Positions 40,501-50,482 are shown, numbered from the stretch's first letter. The stretch: DNA of 64,000 nt from Nitrospiraceae bacterium (GCA_050246315.1 JBFWWG010000012.1:32001-96000), one strand, 5' to 3'. The notes: generated by a model not told the origin, from the letters alone. Program-made: numbers and translations.

Positions 40501-43500
40501 TCTCCGGGCTGCTCCACGACTGTGTCGTCGCCGACCGAATCGATCCGATAGACATCGTCGCCGGTACCGCCGATCAACGTGTCGGCGCCAACAGCACTGA
40601 CAAACCGATCCGGAACTGCCGTGCCGATTAGAGTCTCGTCCCCACTCGTACCGACAATAGACGCCGGCGCTTCACGGCGTTGCGTCAGATGTCTCCAATC
40701 GGTTGTGTCGAACGGTGAGAAGGCCGCTTTCCAGAGTCCAACCACCGTGGTCTTCTCCCATGTCGTGCCATCCTGAAATCGGACGATCGGGGGCGCTGCC
40801 TGATCGAAATATCCGACGACCCGCAACTTGTCCCCCGTCGAGCCGATCGCCAAAACCAGATTGTTGGGAATCGCCAAGATCTCATTGGAGTTGGACAGTA
40901 CCCGAATATCGCCGGGAGCGATGCCGTCGCCCAGTTGAATCGTTTCACTGCCGGTGAAATCGCTGATCTGATCCAGGCCCGATCCGATGCCGAAACGATA
41001 GGTGTCGTTTCCAGAGCCACCATCCAGGAGATCGTTCCCGCCGCCGCCGTCCATCAGATTCGCGCCGCTATTACCGATGAGGATGTTGTCGAGTCCATTC
41101 CCGAGACCCGCAATATCCGCGATTCCGGTCAGGACCAGACGCTCCAGATGATCGGATAATTGAAAAGAGGCGCTGCTCTCGACTGTATCGTAACCCTCGG
41201 CGATCCGTTCAATCACCACGTCGCCTGAATGATCCACGACGTACAGATCATCGCCGGCGCCGCCGATCAGGGTGTCCATGCCGGCCCCGCCGTCGAGACG
41301 ATTGACGCCACGATTGCCCACCAGCGTATTATCGAGGCCATTGCCGAAACCGTCCACCGTCGGAGACTCCACACCCTGGATCTCGAGCAGGCTGAGATCG
41401 GAATCTCTGAGCACCAGATTCTCCAGGTTGGCTCCCAAGCGATAGGTCCTCGCGCTTTCGACCGTATCGATTCCCTGCCCTGCCTCTTCGACAATCTGCT
41501 CGAACCCTTTTACGATGTACGTGTCGTTCCCCGCTCTTCCGGCCAGGATATTGACCGATCCGTTTCCGCTCAACACATTATCCAGCTCATTGCCGGTGCC
41601 GTTGATCGATCCCGTTCCACACAGCACGAGGTTTTCGATGTGGGCGCCTAATGTCGCCGTCGCCGTCGTTTGGACTGTGTCCGTGCCAGCGCCCGGTAAC
41701 TCAACAACCGTATCCCCCTCCCCAATTAGATAGGTGTCGTTGCCTTGACCGCCTGCCAGAACGTTGGCCGCAGCGTTTCCAATCAAGACGTTGTCGAGAT
41801 CATTGCCGGTCCCATCGACAGCGCCCGTCCCGGTCAAGGTCAACCGCTCAAGATTGGGGGCCAGCGCATGGCTCACGGCGCTGAACACCGAATCGATGCC
41901 CTCGCCGGGCAGTTCCACGATCGTGTCCCCCGGAGCGTCAACGAGATACTGGTCGTCGCCGGTCCCGCCGATGAGCCGATCGTCGCCGGTTCCACCATCC
42001 AGCACATCGTCGCCGTCGAGCCCGCGGAGTTCGTCATTGCCGCTGAGCCCGGTCAATATATCCACTCCGGTCCCTCCGACGACCACATCATCGGCAACAG
42101 TCCCGGCCAGTCTGGTTTGCGTCGCGGCTTCCAAATCGGCGGTATCCCAAACGGTGCCGTCGGCAAAGTGGACCTGTTCGATCTGGAAGGTCGAGGCGAG
42201 GAAAAACTCAGATAGCGTCAGGCGATCGGTTGTCCCATTGATGCTCAGGACAAGATCTCGCCCCTGGCGCCTCACGGCGACGTCACTGGGCAGCACATCC
42301 GTCCCGAAATGAATCGCATCCGCCATGCCGGCTCGATCGAGCACCCGATCCCACCCATCGCCCCGATTGAAGACATAGACATCGTCGCCGTCTTTACCTT
42401 GCAACACGTCATTCTCAGCTCCTCCCACCATCCGATCGGCGCCGTTCGTGCCGGCAAGCGTATCGGCGCCGGGGGTGCCCGCCACCTCAAACCCTCGCGC
42501 GATAAGCTGGTTGTATGAGAGCACCGTGCCGTCGCTGAATCGAAAAGTCTCAACCGCATGCAGGCCGAACACATCGTCAGGATTGAAGCCGGAGAGTCGA
42601 AGCTCATCGCCGCCCGTCCCGACGCGAATCGTCAAGATCGAGTCGTTTCGGAGAAACCCCAAGCGGAGCATGCCAGGTGTGATGCCGGGACCGAACACCA
42701 TTTCATTTCCTTCACCGGCGGTCGTAGAATCGGTGATCGTGTCGATACCGTCCCCAAGGTTGAAGACGTACTGATCGTGGCCGGCCATTCCAACCAGTTG
42801 ATCATCTCCCGCGCCACCCTGAAGCCGATCGGGCAAGGCCGTGCCGAATAGGTTGTCGCTGCCGGACGTGCCGACCAGCGTGAACCCACGCGCTACCAAC
42901 TCGGCGTAGGTCAGGGTCGTACCGTCGGCAAATTGGAACGTCTCGATATCGTGAGCGCCCGTGGGATTCGTGCGGCGCGCATTGGCCAACACGATGTCCT
43001 CCCCCGGCACGCCGGTTTGCACTGTCAAATTGCTCCCGTCCACGCCAAGCCTGACGGACTGCGACGAAATCCCCGGACCGAACCGCAAGACGTTGCCGGC
43101 GCCGGCCACCGCCGTATCGGCAATCACATCCCGCCCGTCTCCCTGCATGTGGAGATAGGTATCGTGGCCAGGCCCGCCATCGAGAAAATCCTCTCCCCGC
43201 CCGCCGATGAGCAGATCATCTCCGTCTTCACCACGCAGGCTGTCATTCCCCTCGCCACCCTCAAGCCGATCGTGGCCCAGGCCGCCGTAGAGGGTGTCAT
43301 TCCCGGATTCCGCTCGTAGGATGTCGTCGCCGGCCAGTCCGCTGAGCTGATCATGACCGTCGCCGGCCTGCATCTCATCCGCCAGATCGCTCCCAATCAT
43401 CTCCTCGTTCCCAGGCCCGCCGAGGGTCAGAACACCTTTGGTTTGCAGTTGGGCAAGTAGGGCGGTCCAGGCGATGGTCGTCCCATCGGCAAAGACCGCT

Positions 43501-46500
43501 TGGTCAAAGGCGTTCCCGTTATGCCGAATTCGATCATCCGGCGTCCCCACTATCAGAAAGGATCCCTGTCGATCTTGTCCCAACCGGAGCAAATCGATCG
43601 TGATGCCGCTGCCAAACTCAATGACATTGCCACCGGAGACATCAAAGACTTGATCCTCGCCATCGCCGAGGTTGAACCGATACCGATCGGCTCCATCCCC
43701 GCCAAGGACGGCATCATTGCCGGCCCCCCCTTCGAGCCGATCGGCGCCGGCCCCACCGTCTAACGTATCGGCCCCCTCGTCGCCGAACAATTGATCCTCG
43801 TCCTCGTCGCCATACAACGTGTCATTTCCCGTTCCACCGGTGAGCACGTCTCGATCGAGACCGCCGACCAACGTATCCTGTCCGTCCTCGCCAAAGAGTG
43901 TATCGTTCCCTTCTTGACCGAAGAGCCGGTCGTTGCCCGTATCGCCCACGAGCAGGTCGTCGCCGAGGTTGCCCTGCAGCTCGTCGTCCCCGGCATTTCC
44001 AAAGAGTCGGTCGTTGCCATCTTGGCCGAAGAGCAGATCATTGCCGGTCCCGCCGTCCAACTCATCCGTACCGATCCCTCCATCCAATTGATCGTCGCCG
44101 TCCTCGCCGAACAGCCAATCATCGCCCGCCTCGCCGAACAGCAGATCGGCCCCCTCCTCTCCCACTAAGGCATCGGCCCCGTCCCCGCCGGCCAGTTGAT
44201 CGTTGCCGGTCCCGCCGTAGAGGCTGTCATCGCCAGCGTCGCCGAACAACCGATCCTGCTCGCTGCCGCCGTCCAGCAGATCGTGACCGCCGCCCCCTTG
44301 CAATTCATCGCTCCCCGCGCCCCCATCGAGCGTGTCGTCAAAGCCCTGCGTAAGATTGTTGAGATAATCCCCCACCAAGAAATCATCGCCGTCACCTCCG
44401 AACAGCGCATCCTCGCCACCCCCGCCGATGAGTTCATCGTCCCCGAGCCCGCCGTCCAGCCAATCCTTGCCTTCTTGGATCACGCCGAGCTGAAGATCGT
44501 CTCCGGCCAGCACATCGACACCGGCTCCGCCAAGCAGCACATCGCCGCCCGCATCGCCTTGGAGATAGTCGTCTCCCTCACCGCCGTCGAGATAGTCCGC
44601 ACCACCCGTGACGCTATCAAAGGCCATACCACTTTGCGGCGTCACCACGCCCGGGTAGGCCAGTTCGAAGTTCGGCGCCGTAGCTGGCGCCTGATCGCCA
44701 TACAGCCGGTCATTCTCGGTGCCTCCCACCAACACATCCTCCCCGAGCATCCCCATCAACCAGTCCGCGCCGGCTCCGCCGTCCAGATAATCGTTGCCTG
44801 TCGTGGTCGCTCCCAGCGCCAGAGATTCCCCGGAGAGTAGATCGTTGCCGTCCTGCCCAAACAGCACATCGTCCCCGGAACCGCCATCGAGTCCGTCATC
44901 CCCGAGCCCGCCGGACAACGCATCCTGGCCGGTGCCTCCCTTGAGCAAATCAATGTCGTCCCCACCGTCCAGGACATCGTCGCCGCCGAACCCGCCCAGA
45001 ACGAGATCCCGTCCACTCCCCCCGAACACCCGATCATGGCCGTTGCCCCCGCGCAGCTCATCGTGGCCGTCGCCCCCGAAGATCTGATGATGGAAGAGCA
45101 TGCTCCCGCTTTCGAAGTTGAGAATGTCGTTGCCGCCATATCCGTAGGCTTCATGGTTTGCGGCAGCGGTGAAGATGGGCTGATTGTCCGTCGCGTCGCC
45201 GTCGTAGCGGATGGTCGCTTCACCGTTGTTGTAGTTGATAGTCGGGCCGGCGCTATCGACGAGGTTGCCTACATCGGCCAGCTTGATCCCCAACGCGCCA
45301 TTGGCGAAATCGAAGCTCTCGATGATAAGCGCATTATTGATCACGAGGTTCGCACCGGACTTCACGAAGGTAACCTGGCCGTCGGGACTCCGGTACGTAT
45401 CGATAGGATCACCCTGCCGTCGAATCCCCCCGACCAGCGTCTGCCCATCGAAGACAATCGTGCCGATTCTGTCGGCATCGACGATGCGATCCAGTCCTTG
45501 GCCCGAATGATAGAAATAGGTATCGAGGCCGGTGCCGCCGTCGAGCCGATCATCGCCGAGTCCGCCATTGAGCCGGTCGTTCTCGGCTTCGCCAAACAGT
45601 TGATCGTCGCCCTGCTGGCCCAAGAGAATATCGTTCTCGCTGCCACCGTAGAGTTCGTCACTCCCCGCGTTGCCTTCGAGATAATCTTGCCCACCTTGCC
45701 CGATCAGAAGATCGTCGCCGGCTCCACCATAGAGATGATCCCCGCCGGCATGGCCCGTGAGATCGCGGTTGTCCTGGGCATCGCCGAAGATCACCTCGTT
45801 CGCAGAGGCGACGCTACCCAGTTCCAATCCGGTCTGTTTGTCCACGTAATGCGTGTCGGTTGGAACCGTGTCGCCATCGTTGATATTCACCGCCAATCGC
45901 TTGGCCAGTAGCTCCGCTCGATCGCTCAAGGCATTCAAGGTCCAGGCGCCTTGCCCCGTCACCGTATCGTAGAGGTCCAGCGAGCCGTCTTGACTGTGCA
46001 TGGCCTGATAGTCCACGCCGCGCACAACGAACGGATTGAGTTCTTTGAGTGCATATCGATACGCCAGGCCATCGGCAGTTGAGGCTTTGGCTTGGCTATA
46101 CACCATACTATTGGAAACTCCGGCAAGACTGTCGAGACGATAGGAACTGACTGACGGCAGGTTGTCTCGGAAGGCGAAGAGATTGGTGTAGTAGGCGTCG
46201 CGATCACCCACTGGTGTTGTGGTTTGATTAGGTCCCAGGACCACCTTCCGGAGGGCGTCGAGGCCATTTTCTAGGCTATTGACCGCTGTTGCGGAGGCAG
46301 CATTGAGGATGGTTGTCACACTGGAGACAGACAGGCTCGGGTCGATGCGTGCGAACACATCGTACAAAGCCAACGCATCAACAAGAGACCGGGCGCTATG
46401 ATTGGTCAGCGGGTTCAGACTCGTCTCGATAAATGCATGTTCTACCTCTCCGAGTTGGCGGCCCTGACTGGAGACAAAAGAGGGGCCCTCCGCAATGAGG

Positions 46501-47063
46501 TTCGTAATCAAATGGTTGTCTATGGAAGCACCGGCCACGCCAAGAGAACCAAACGGATTGACCAGCACCCCACCGAACCCGGGAGCATTGTAGGTATAGG
46601 TATGGGATACGTTCAGTGGATGGTCGACGGTAAAGGCTTGAGCAAGATAACCACCCAGCGAATGTCCGGTGATAGTGAGATTGTCCGTGGGTAACAGCTT
46701 GCCCTCGGTGGTGAGTTGCAAATAGAAATTCTTCAACGAGACATATTGATCGGCTAGACCAAATAGGCCGATCTGGAGATCTGAAAGGAGGAGGTCTACG
46801 ACGTCGTTCGTCCCGCGGATTGCCAGAACCTTTTCGTTCGTGCCGATCCGCTGAAACAACGTCGCCGCAAATCCCGTCGTAACGTCGTTGAAGGTGCTGA
46901 CAATCGAGTATCGATTTGCAAACTCGGCTGCCTCAAGCGAGGCAAAGCCCCGCTCCTTCAACTCTTGGATATAGTCCGGCAAAGGCATTCCCACAAACAG
47001 CTCGGCATAGGCCGCATCCGCAAGTTGGGCCTGATCGTAATACGTACGGATTAAACCGCTCAT
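37584..47063 (-). CDS. 3159-aa RTX protein with N-terminal alpha/beta-hydrolase (lipase-like) domain
   Basis: GFAATLF, AIRGT, TGHSLGG, YNAPG in the first ~230 aa; many GGxGxDxL nonapeptides; HCBP-like F.DGT modules; C-terminal QLIQAMAGF secretion-signal-like end. Confidence 0.92.
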   Translation of the reverse strand: MSGLIRTYYDQAQLADAAYAELFVGMPLPDYIQELKERGFASLEAAEFANRYSIVSTFNDVTTGFAATLFQRIGTNEKVLAIRGTNDVVDLLLSDLQIGLFGLADQYVSLKNFYLQLTTEGKLLPTDNLTITGHSLGGYLAQAFTVDHPLNVSHTYTYNAPGFGGVLVNPFGSLGVAGASIDNHLITNLIAEGPSFVSSQGRQLGEVEHAFIETSLNPLTNHSARSLVDALALYDVFARIDPSLSVSSVTTILNAASATAVNSLENGLDALRKVVLGPNQTTTPVGDRDAYYTNLFAFRDNLPSVSSYRLDSLAGVSNSMVYSQAKASTADGLAYRYALKELNPFVVRGVDYQAMHSQDGSLDLYDTVTGQGAWTLNALSDRAELLAKRLAVNINDGDTVPTDTHYVDKQTGLELGSVASANEVIFGDAQDNRDLTGHAGGDHLYGGAGDDLLIGQGGQDYLEGNAGSDELYGGSENDILLGQQGDDQLFGEAENDRLNGGLGDDRLDGGTGLDTYFYHSGQGLDRIVDADRIGTIVFDGQTLVGGIRRQGDPIDTYRSPDGQVTFVKSGANLVINNALIIESFDFANGALGIKLADVGNLVDSAGPTINYNNGEATIRYDGDATDNQPIFTAAANHEAYGYGGNDILNFESGSMLFHHQIFGGDGHDELRGGNGHDRVFGGSGRDLVLGGFGGDDVLDGGDDIDLLKGGTGQDALSGGLGDDGLDGGSGDDVLFGQDGNDLLSGESLALGATTTGNDYLDGGAGADWLMGMLGEDVLVGGTENDRLYGDQAPATAPNFELAYPGVVTPQSGMAFDSVTGGADYLDGGEGDDYLQGDAGGDVLLGGAGVDVLAGDDLQLGVIQEGKDWLDGGLGDDELIGGGGEDALFGGDGDDFLVGDYLNNLTQGFDDTLDGGAGSDELQGGGGHDLLDGGSEQDRLFGDAGDDSLYGGTGNDQLAGGDGADALVGEEGADLLFGEAGDDWLFGEDGDDQLDGGIGTDELDGGTGNDLLFGQDGNDRLFGNAGDDELQGNLGDDLLVGDTGNDRLFGQEGNDTLFGEDGQDTLVGGLDRDVLTGGTGNDTLYGDEDEDQLFGDEGADTLDGGAGADRLEGGAGNDAVLGGDGADRYRFNLGDGEDQVFDVSGGNVIEFGSGITIDLLRLGQDRQGSFLIVGTPDDRIRHNGNAFDQAVFADGTTIAWTALLAQLQTKGVLTLGGPGNEEMIGSDLADEMQAGDGHDQLSGLAGDDILRAESGNDTLYGGLGHDRLEGGEGNDSLRGEDGDDLLIGGRGEDFLDGGPGHDTYLHMQGDGRDVIADTAVAGAGNVLRFGPGISSQSVRLGVDGSNLTVQTGVPGEDIVLANARRTNPTGAHDIETFQFADGTTLTYAELVARGFTLVGTSGSDNLFGTALPDRLQGGAGDDQLVGMAGHDQYVFNLGDGIDTITDSTTAGEGNEMVFGPGITPGMLRLGFLRNDSILTIRVGTGGDELRLSGFNPDDVFGLHAVETFRFSDGTVLSYNQLIARGFEVAGTPGADTLAGTNGADRMVGGAENDVLQGKDGDDVYVFNRGDGWDRVLDRAGMADAIHFGTDVLPSDVAVRRQGRDLVLSINGTTDRLTLSEFFLASTFQIEQVHFADGTVWDTADLEAATQTRLAGTVADDVVVGGTGVDILTGLSGNDELRGLDGDDVLDGGTGDDRLIGGTGDDQYLVDAPGDTIVELPGEGIDSVFSAVSHALAPNLERLTLTGTGAVDGTGNDLDNVLIGNAAANVLAGGQGNDTYLIGEGDTVVELPGAGTDTVQTTATATLGAHIENLVLCGTGSINGTGNELDNVLSGNGSVNILAGRAGNDTYIVKGFEQIVEEAGQGIDTVESARTYRLGANLENLVLRDSDLSLLEIQGVESPTVDGFGNGLDNTLVGNRGVNRLDGGAGMDTLIGGAGDDLYVVDHSGDVVIERIAEGYDTVESSASFQLSDHLERLVLTGIADIAGLGNGLDNILIGNSGANLMDGGGGNDLLDGGSGNDTYRFGIGSGLDQISDFTGSETIQLGDGIAPGDIRVLSNSNEILAIPNNLVLAIGSTGDKLRVVGYFDQAAPPIVRFQDGTTWEKTTVVGLWKAAFSPFDTTDWRHLTQRREAPASIVGTSGDETLIGTAVPDRFVSAVGADTLIGGTGDDVYRIDSVGDDTVVEQPGEGFDTVTGDVPSVYTLPTHVEALRAASSNFQLIGNELDNVLVENGGASTIDGGAGNDVLVGGYVRASSVAFDESQSDMLIGGAGDDILAPIGGTVRFMSGQEAILPVSNPSSILADDVLVGGAGDDTYVIYNSGEIIAEQTDGGIDTVRSSVSYELPDHVENLQLTTWGLPPGDGPAMTGTGNALDNLLIGSRNADVLSGGAGDDTLAGGSLRPSLSINEALAESMSDDGVNDLLIGGTGNDTYAVMGLASDTGLPDTIVEAAGEGIDTVASAVSYVLGDHLENLTLIGEGPSTGTGNALNNVLVGNQAANVLAGKQGNDRMLGGAGHDTYLFNAGDGIDTIDDRAVPGDGNVIQFGAGISRADLTLVQSSGLLTIQIGTNGDALRLVNFDPNDLNGSLVVETLAFADGTTVRVADLLGPRATDSDDLLEGGLADDEIEALDGNDVVDAGAGNDRIAGGTGNDTLTGGPGDDTYLFNLGDGVDTITDQALPGEGNSLQFGAGITPADLSLGLGSLVIRVGAGGDAIHLTSFDPADVFGPRAIETFRFADGTVLTYQDLLARGFDFVGTANDDALTGTDTTDRLMGLAGNDNMQSGGGDDLLDGGVGADRMAGGVGHDTYSVDDPGDVVTEMAGEGLDTVQSLVSYSLGANVENLTLAGTADLTGTGNELDNLLVGNSGRNRLTGGTGNDTYVVGMGDTVIESAGGGIDTIQTNVTWTLGSNLENLTLTGTGNINGHGNSLNNLIIGNAGMNWLDGGSGQDRLEGGEGHDLLLGGSGHDQLLGGLGNDALTAGSGHDLLDGGDGTDMLDGGSGDDQLSGGADDDLLLAGSGADQLAGGTGNDLLIGGSGHDDYLFARGDGQDRLIEDGGSGQDTVRFGATIDPLDLVLSRQADDLRIALYGTSDQITIHNWYDGTSNQTELIVAGNGQQLLNNQVDQLIQAMAGFTSQTGLSWEAAVAQRPEDVQAILAASWS

Positions 47064-47075
47064 TCTAACTTCCTC

Positions 47076-47606
47076 CTATTGCTCGCTTGCATTTTGGCGA
47101 ACGACCTGACGCCACAGGGTGCCGTAGAGATCACGACCAAATTGCGGACAAGGATCCGGGGCAGCTTCAATCAAGATCGTCGTATGCAACCAACCACCGA
47201 AGTAAGAGAATCCTGTTGCCATACCCAAATGTTCTCCGTTTTCTTTATCAATGAGGACGCCTTGATGTTTTGTCATATGAAACACTCTCGAAAAGGCGCG
47301 GTCCATTGTCGTTTGCCAGTCGAGCCGTTCGAGTAGCAATTTCTTCTCATCCAGTCGTCCGTCAGGCATGAAATATGTCTTGTCCACCTCAATAGTCTTG
47401 AAGACTTCTACCCCTCCCTCTTTCTGGCAAATGTATTGATGGTACAGCCGTCCAGGAATGATGTCCCACGTGGGGATCAATACAAAGATCGCGATGGTTG
47501 CGTATTTTGCAAGCTTGCTCTGCGTACGCACTTCCATTCGCTGGGCCATATACCGCGCAAGCCCGACATAAAGCCCGCAGAGGAGAAGAACCGCTAAGCC
47601 AAACAT
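47076..47606 (-). CDS. Membrane-anchored immunity/partner-like protein A
   Basis: Two N-terminal hydrophobic helices, PTWD..PGR.Y..Y.C.KEGG....KT, GGW...CP; ends 12 nt before the RTX start. Confidence 0.75.
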   Translation of the reverse strand: MFGLAVLLLCGLYVGLARYMAQRMEVRTQSKLAKYATIAIFVLIPTWDIIPGRLYHQYICQKEGGVEVFKTIEVDKTYFMPDGRLDEKKLLLERLDWQTTMDRAFSRVFHMTKHQGVLIDKENGEHLGMATGFSYFGGWLHTTILIEAAPDPCPQFGRDLYGTLWRQVVRQNASEQ

Positions 47607-47696
47607 CCACGCCGCCTTTCGCTTGTGGTGATTGCCAAGTCGCCGTTGCCTAAGGTCATCACCCTTACCGGCATACCTATGGGCGTTCAGAGAGGG

Positions 47697-48347
47697 CGTT
47701 CCGGACATCTTCCCAATGATTTCATCGCGAAGCGTCCGTGTCCCAAGTACCGCGGCCTGACCCCACCCGCAAGCCGCGGCATCCTAGGTGATTGCCCGAT
47801 TGAAATGCGATTCTTCAGAGGAGGAGTGGGCTCCCCTACTGGTAGGTGCCCTGCGCGTCGCGAAGGACGACTCGCATCGAACCGCCGGGCATTGCTGATT
47901 GAGACTGATTGTCTCGGGATCGGGAGGACTTGTCGAGGATTTCCGCCGAGATGGACGGCGCGCACCACGACCATCACGAAAATGGGACCATTGCTACTTT
48001 GAATCGTGATCAGCCTCCAATCACTTCGCCAACTCGAACGGCCTGTCCAGATACGGCCCCCACCCAGGGTTGTGCGACAGTCTTTTGCCTGCCAAGACCA
48101 ACTTGGACGAGCCGAAGAACGCGCCTGCAATTGAGAAGAAGCACCGGCGGTCCTCGCGGAGCATCCCAGAAGTCCGTTCGTGGTGAGCCTGTTGAACCGT
48201 GAAGGGAACTGCTTCAGCCCGGGCGCTCTTCGAGCGGCTCAGGACGAATGGATTATCACAGGAACTTAAAGGACACTACTACGGTGGCTGAGTCTGAAGG
48301 GCGGCCAGCCGGACGGGCTCGACAGCCGAGTATCAAGTCAAGCAACG
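47697..48347. repeat. Cassette leader repeat, copy 1 (651 bp)
   Basis: Near-identical to 51113-51763 (constant offset 3416) and similar to 49650-50222. Confidence 0.95.
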
Positions 48348-48628
48348 CCCCCTAAGCAGGTATCGAAGATCAGCGTCGCCGAGAACCCTGTCGCATCGTT
48401 GGCGTGATGATCGAGGATTTGGTAGCGCTGGATGAATTGCTGCGCTTGAAGAGCGGTGAAACGAGTCTTACCCATGAACTGGTCAAGGGGAACTACACGG
48501 CGGTCATTATTGCCGTCTATAAGGACTTGTTGAAGTGTACTACCCTGCACCACAAACTGATCAAGATAAGACTCCGCTGCCGTTTGTTGAAGAGCAAAAT
48601 CGAGCCAAGTCTTGATGCTAGTTGCCAT
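48338..48628 (-). pseudogene. Orphan 5' stub of a divergent RTX-lipase (cassette B)
   Basis: MATSIKTWLDFALQQTAAESYL...RYQILDHHANDATGFSATLIFD aligns with the RTX N-terminus and stops right after GFSATL. Confidence 0.8.
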
Positions 48629-49589
48629 CTTTCTGCTCCTTCACGTCGAATGGAAAAGGTTTCAGAACTTTTTGTATAAATTTGAAAGTATGGTTGGTTC
48701 CTCGATTTGGACAACTAGGCCCTGTCAACCACCAGACACCCGTCATGTTGTTGCGAACTAAGCCGGTTCGCATATACCCACGGCGGACGGCCAGTACCTC
48801 GTTCGTCTTGAGATCAAGAACGATGAGCTCACCGCCAGCAATTCCCAATGTCCTCTCATGTGGCCGATTGATTCCCCGCCACGTGTAACCATATCGGCTC
48901 TTGATCTCTGACACGGTCGCTTCTGCAACAACATAAGGAACAAACACTCCTTGCTCGTTTATTGCCGTCTGATATTTTCTTCCCGGGTGTGCGTTCTCGT
49001 CTCGGAAGTACCGTCGATATCGTTCAGCCTCACCAGATGATCCTGATAAGGGCACCTCCAAGAACTGATACTTGCCGGTAGCTGGTTGAACATATGTATC
49101 CTGCACAAGATAGGATTCATCTGTTGTGTGGCCATAGGGGTCTTCTAGAGCATACAGATGACTCAGTTCATCATCCGTGGCTTCCTTCCTCGGCCGCATC
49201 ATGTACAGCCCTTCCACATTCTCTACGGTCTTGTAGATAAACTCCCCGGCTTCGGCCTTGCAGAGATGTTCGAAATACTGCTCGGGTGTCATGCCCGGCT
49301 TGTACCCGCTGTCTGCCGGCACTGGATTGGGAATCTTGAGTGAGTGCGCGAACCGACCTTCTTCGGTCGCCAGCGGATCGGCGGGTTGAAGCTTCGTGAT
49401 GTCGCACCGGTGGTTGGCGGGTTTGATCTTATGCGTGGCACAGTATTCAGCTTCTCGTTTGATCGCTTTCCGAAATCGCTCGCCGGGTGTCTCGTCCTGC
49501 GACAGCAACCCGGCGATGGCATACGAGGCACTCAACAGCCCAATCACGAAGACCATCATGCTGCGGCCTCCCTTCATTTCGATGCTCAT
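48618..49589 (-). CDS. Secreted immunity/partner-like protein B
   Basis: AAGGAGG RBS, signal peptide, FEHLCKAEAGEFIYKTVENV, IAGGEL.V.DL.TNEVLAVRRGY, W.TGPSCP; overlaps the stub start. Confidence 0.75.
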   Translation of the reverse strand: MSIEMKGGRSMMVFVIGLLSASYAIAGLLSQDETPGERFRKAIKREAEYCATHKIKPANHRCDITKLQPADPLATEEGRFAHSLKIPNPVPADSGYKPGMTPEQYFEHLCKAEAGEFIYKTVENVEGLYMMRPRKEATDDELSHLYALEDPYGHTTDESYLVQDTYVQPATGKYQFLEVPLSGSSGEAERYRRYFRDENAHPGRKYQTAINEQGVFVPYVVAEATVSEIKSRYGYTWRGINRPHERTLGIAGGELIVLDLKTNEVLAVRRGYMRTGLVRNNMTGVWWLTGPSCPNRGTNHTFKFIQKVLKPFPFDVKEQKDGN

Positions 49590-49649
49590 CCCATCCTCCT
49601 TAGCTCCATGGCCTTCTCCACCCGGAGCCGCAGGCGGACTCACATCCGC

Positions 49650-50222
49650 AGCCGCGGCATCCTAGGTGCTTGCCCGATTGAAATGCGATTCTTCAGAGGA
49701 GGAGTGGGCTCCCCTACTGGTAGGTGCCCTGCGCGTCGCGAAGGACCGTTATCCTTCAGCCGCCGAACATTGTTGATTGAGGCTGATTGTCTCGGGATCA
49801 GAAGGACTTGTCGAGGAGTTCCGCCGAGATGGACGGCGCGCACCACGACCATCACGAAAATGGGACCATTGCTACTTTGAATCGTGATCAGGCTCCATTC
49901 ACTTCGCCAACTCGAACGGCCTGTCCAGATACGGCCCCCACCCAGGGTTGTGCGACAGTCTTTTGCCTGCCAAGACCAACTTGGACGAGCCGAAGAACGC
50001 GCCTGCAATTGAGAAGAAGCAACGGCGGTCCTCGCGGAGCATGCCAGAAGTCCGTTCGTGGTGAGCCTGTCGAACCATGAACGGAACTCCTTGAGCTCGG
50101 GCGCTCTTCGAGCGGCTCAGGACGAATGGATTATCACAGGAACTTAGAGGACAGTACTGCGGTGGCTGAGTCTGAACGGCCAGCCGGACGGGCTCGACAG
50201 CCGAGTATCCAGTCAAGCAACG
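49650..50222. repeat. Cassette leader repeat, copy 2 (more divergent)
   Basis: Colinear with copies 1 and 3, with scattered substitutions. Confidence 0.93.
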
Positions 50223-50226
50223 ACCC

Positions 50227-50481
50227 TCAAGCAACGTCATGACCCTCAAGCAACATCCTGCCGTTCCGTTGGAACAACGTCGCGGCAAATCCCGTCGTAA
50301 CGTCGTTGAAGGTGCTGACAATCGAGTATCGATTTGCAAACTCGGTTGCCTCAAGCGAGGTAAAGCCCCTGTCTGTTAAGGCTCGGACATAAATATCTTC
50401 AAGCATACCCACGGCCAAATTGGCATATGCCGCATCGGACAATTCGGCGTGCTCATAATACGTGCGGATTGCCTCGTTCAT
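50227..50481 (-). pseudogene. Orphan 5' stub of the RTX-lipase (cassette C)
   Basis: MNEAIRTYYEHAELSDAAYA...RYSIVSTFNDVTTGFAATLFQR, then unrelated residues; GGAGG RBS. Confidence 0.85.
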
Positions 50482-50482
50482 T

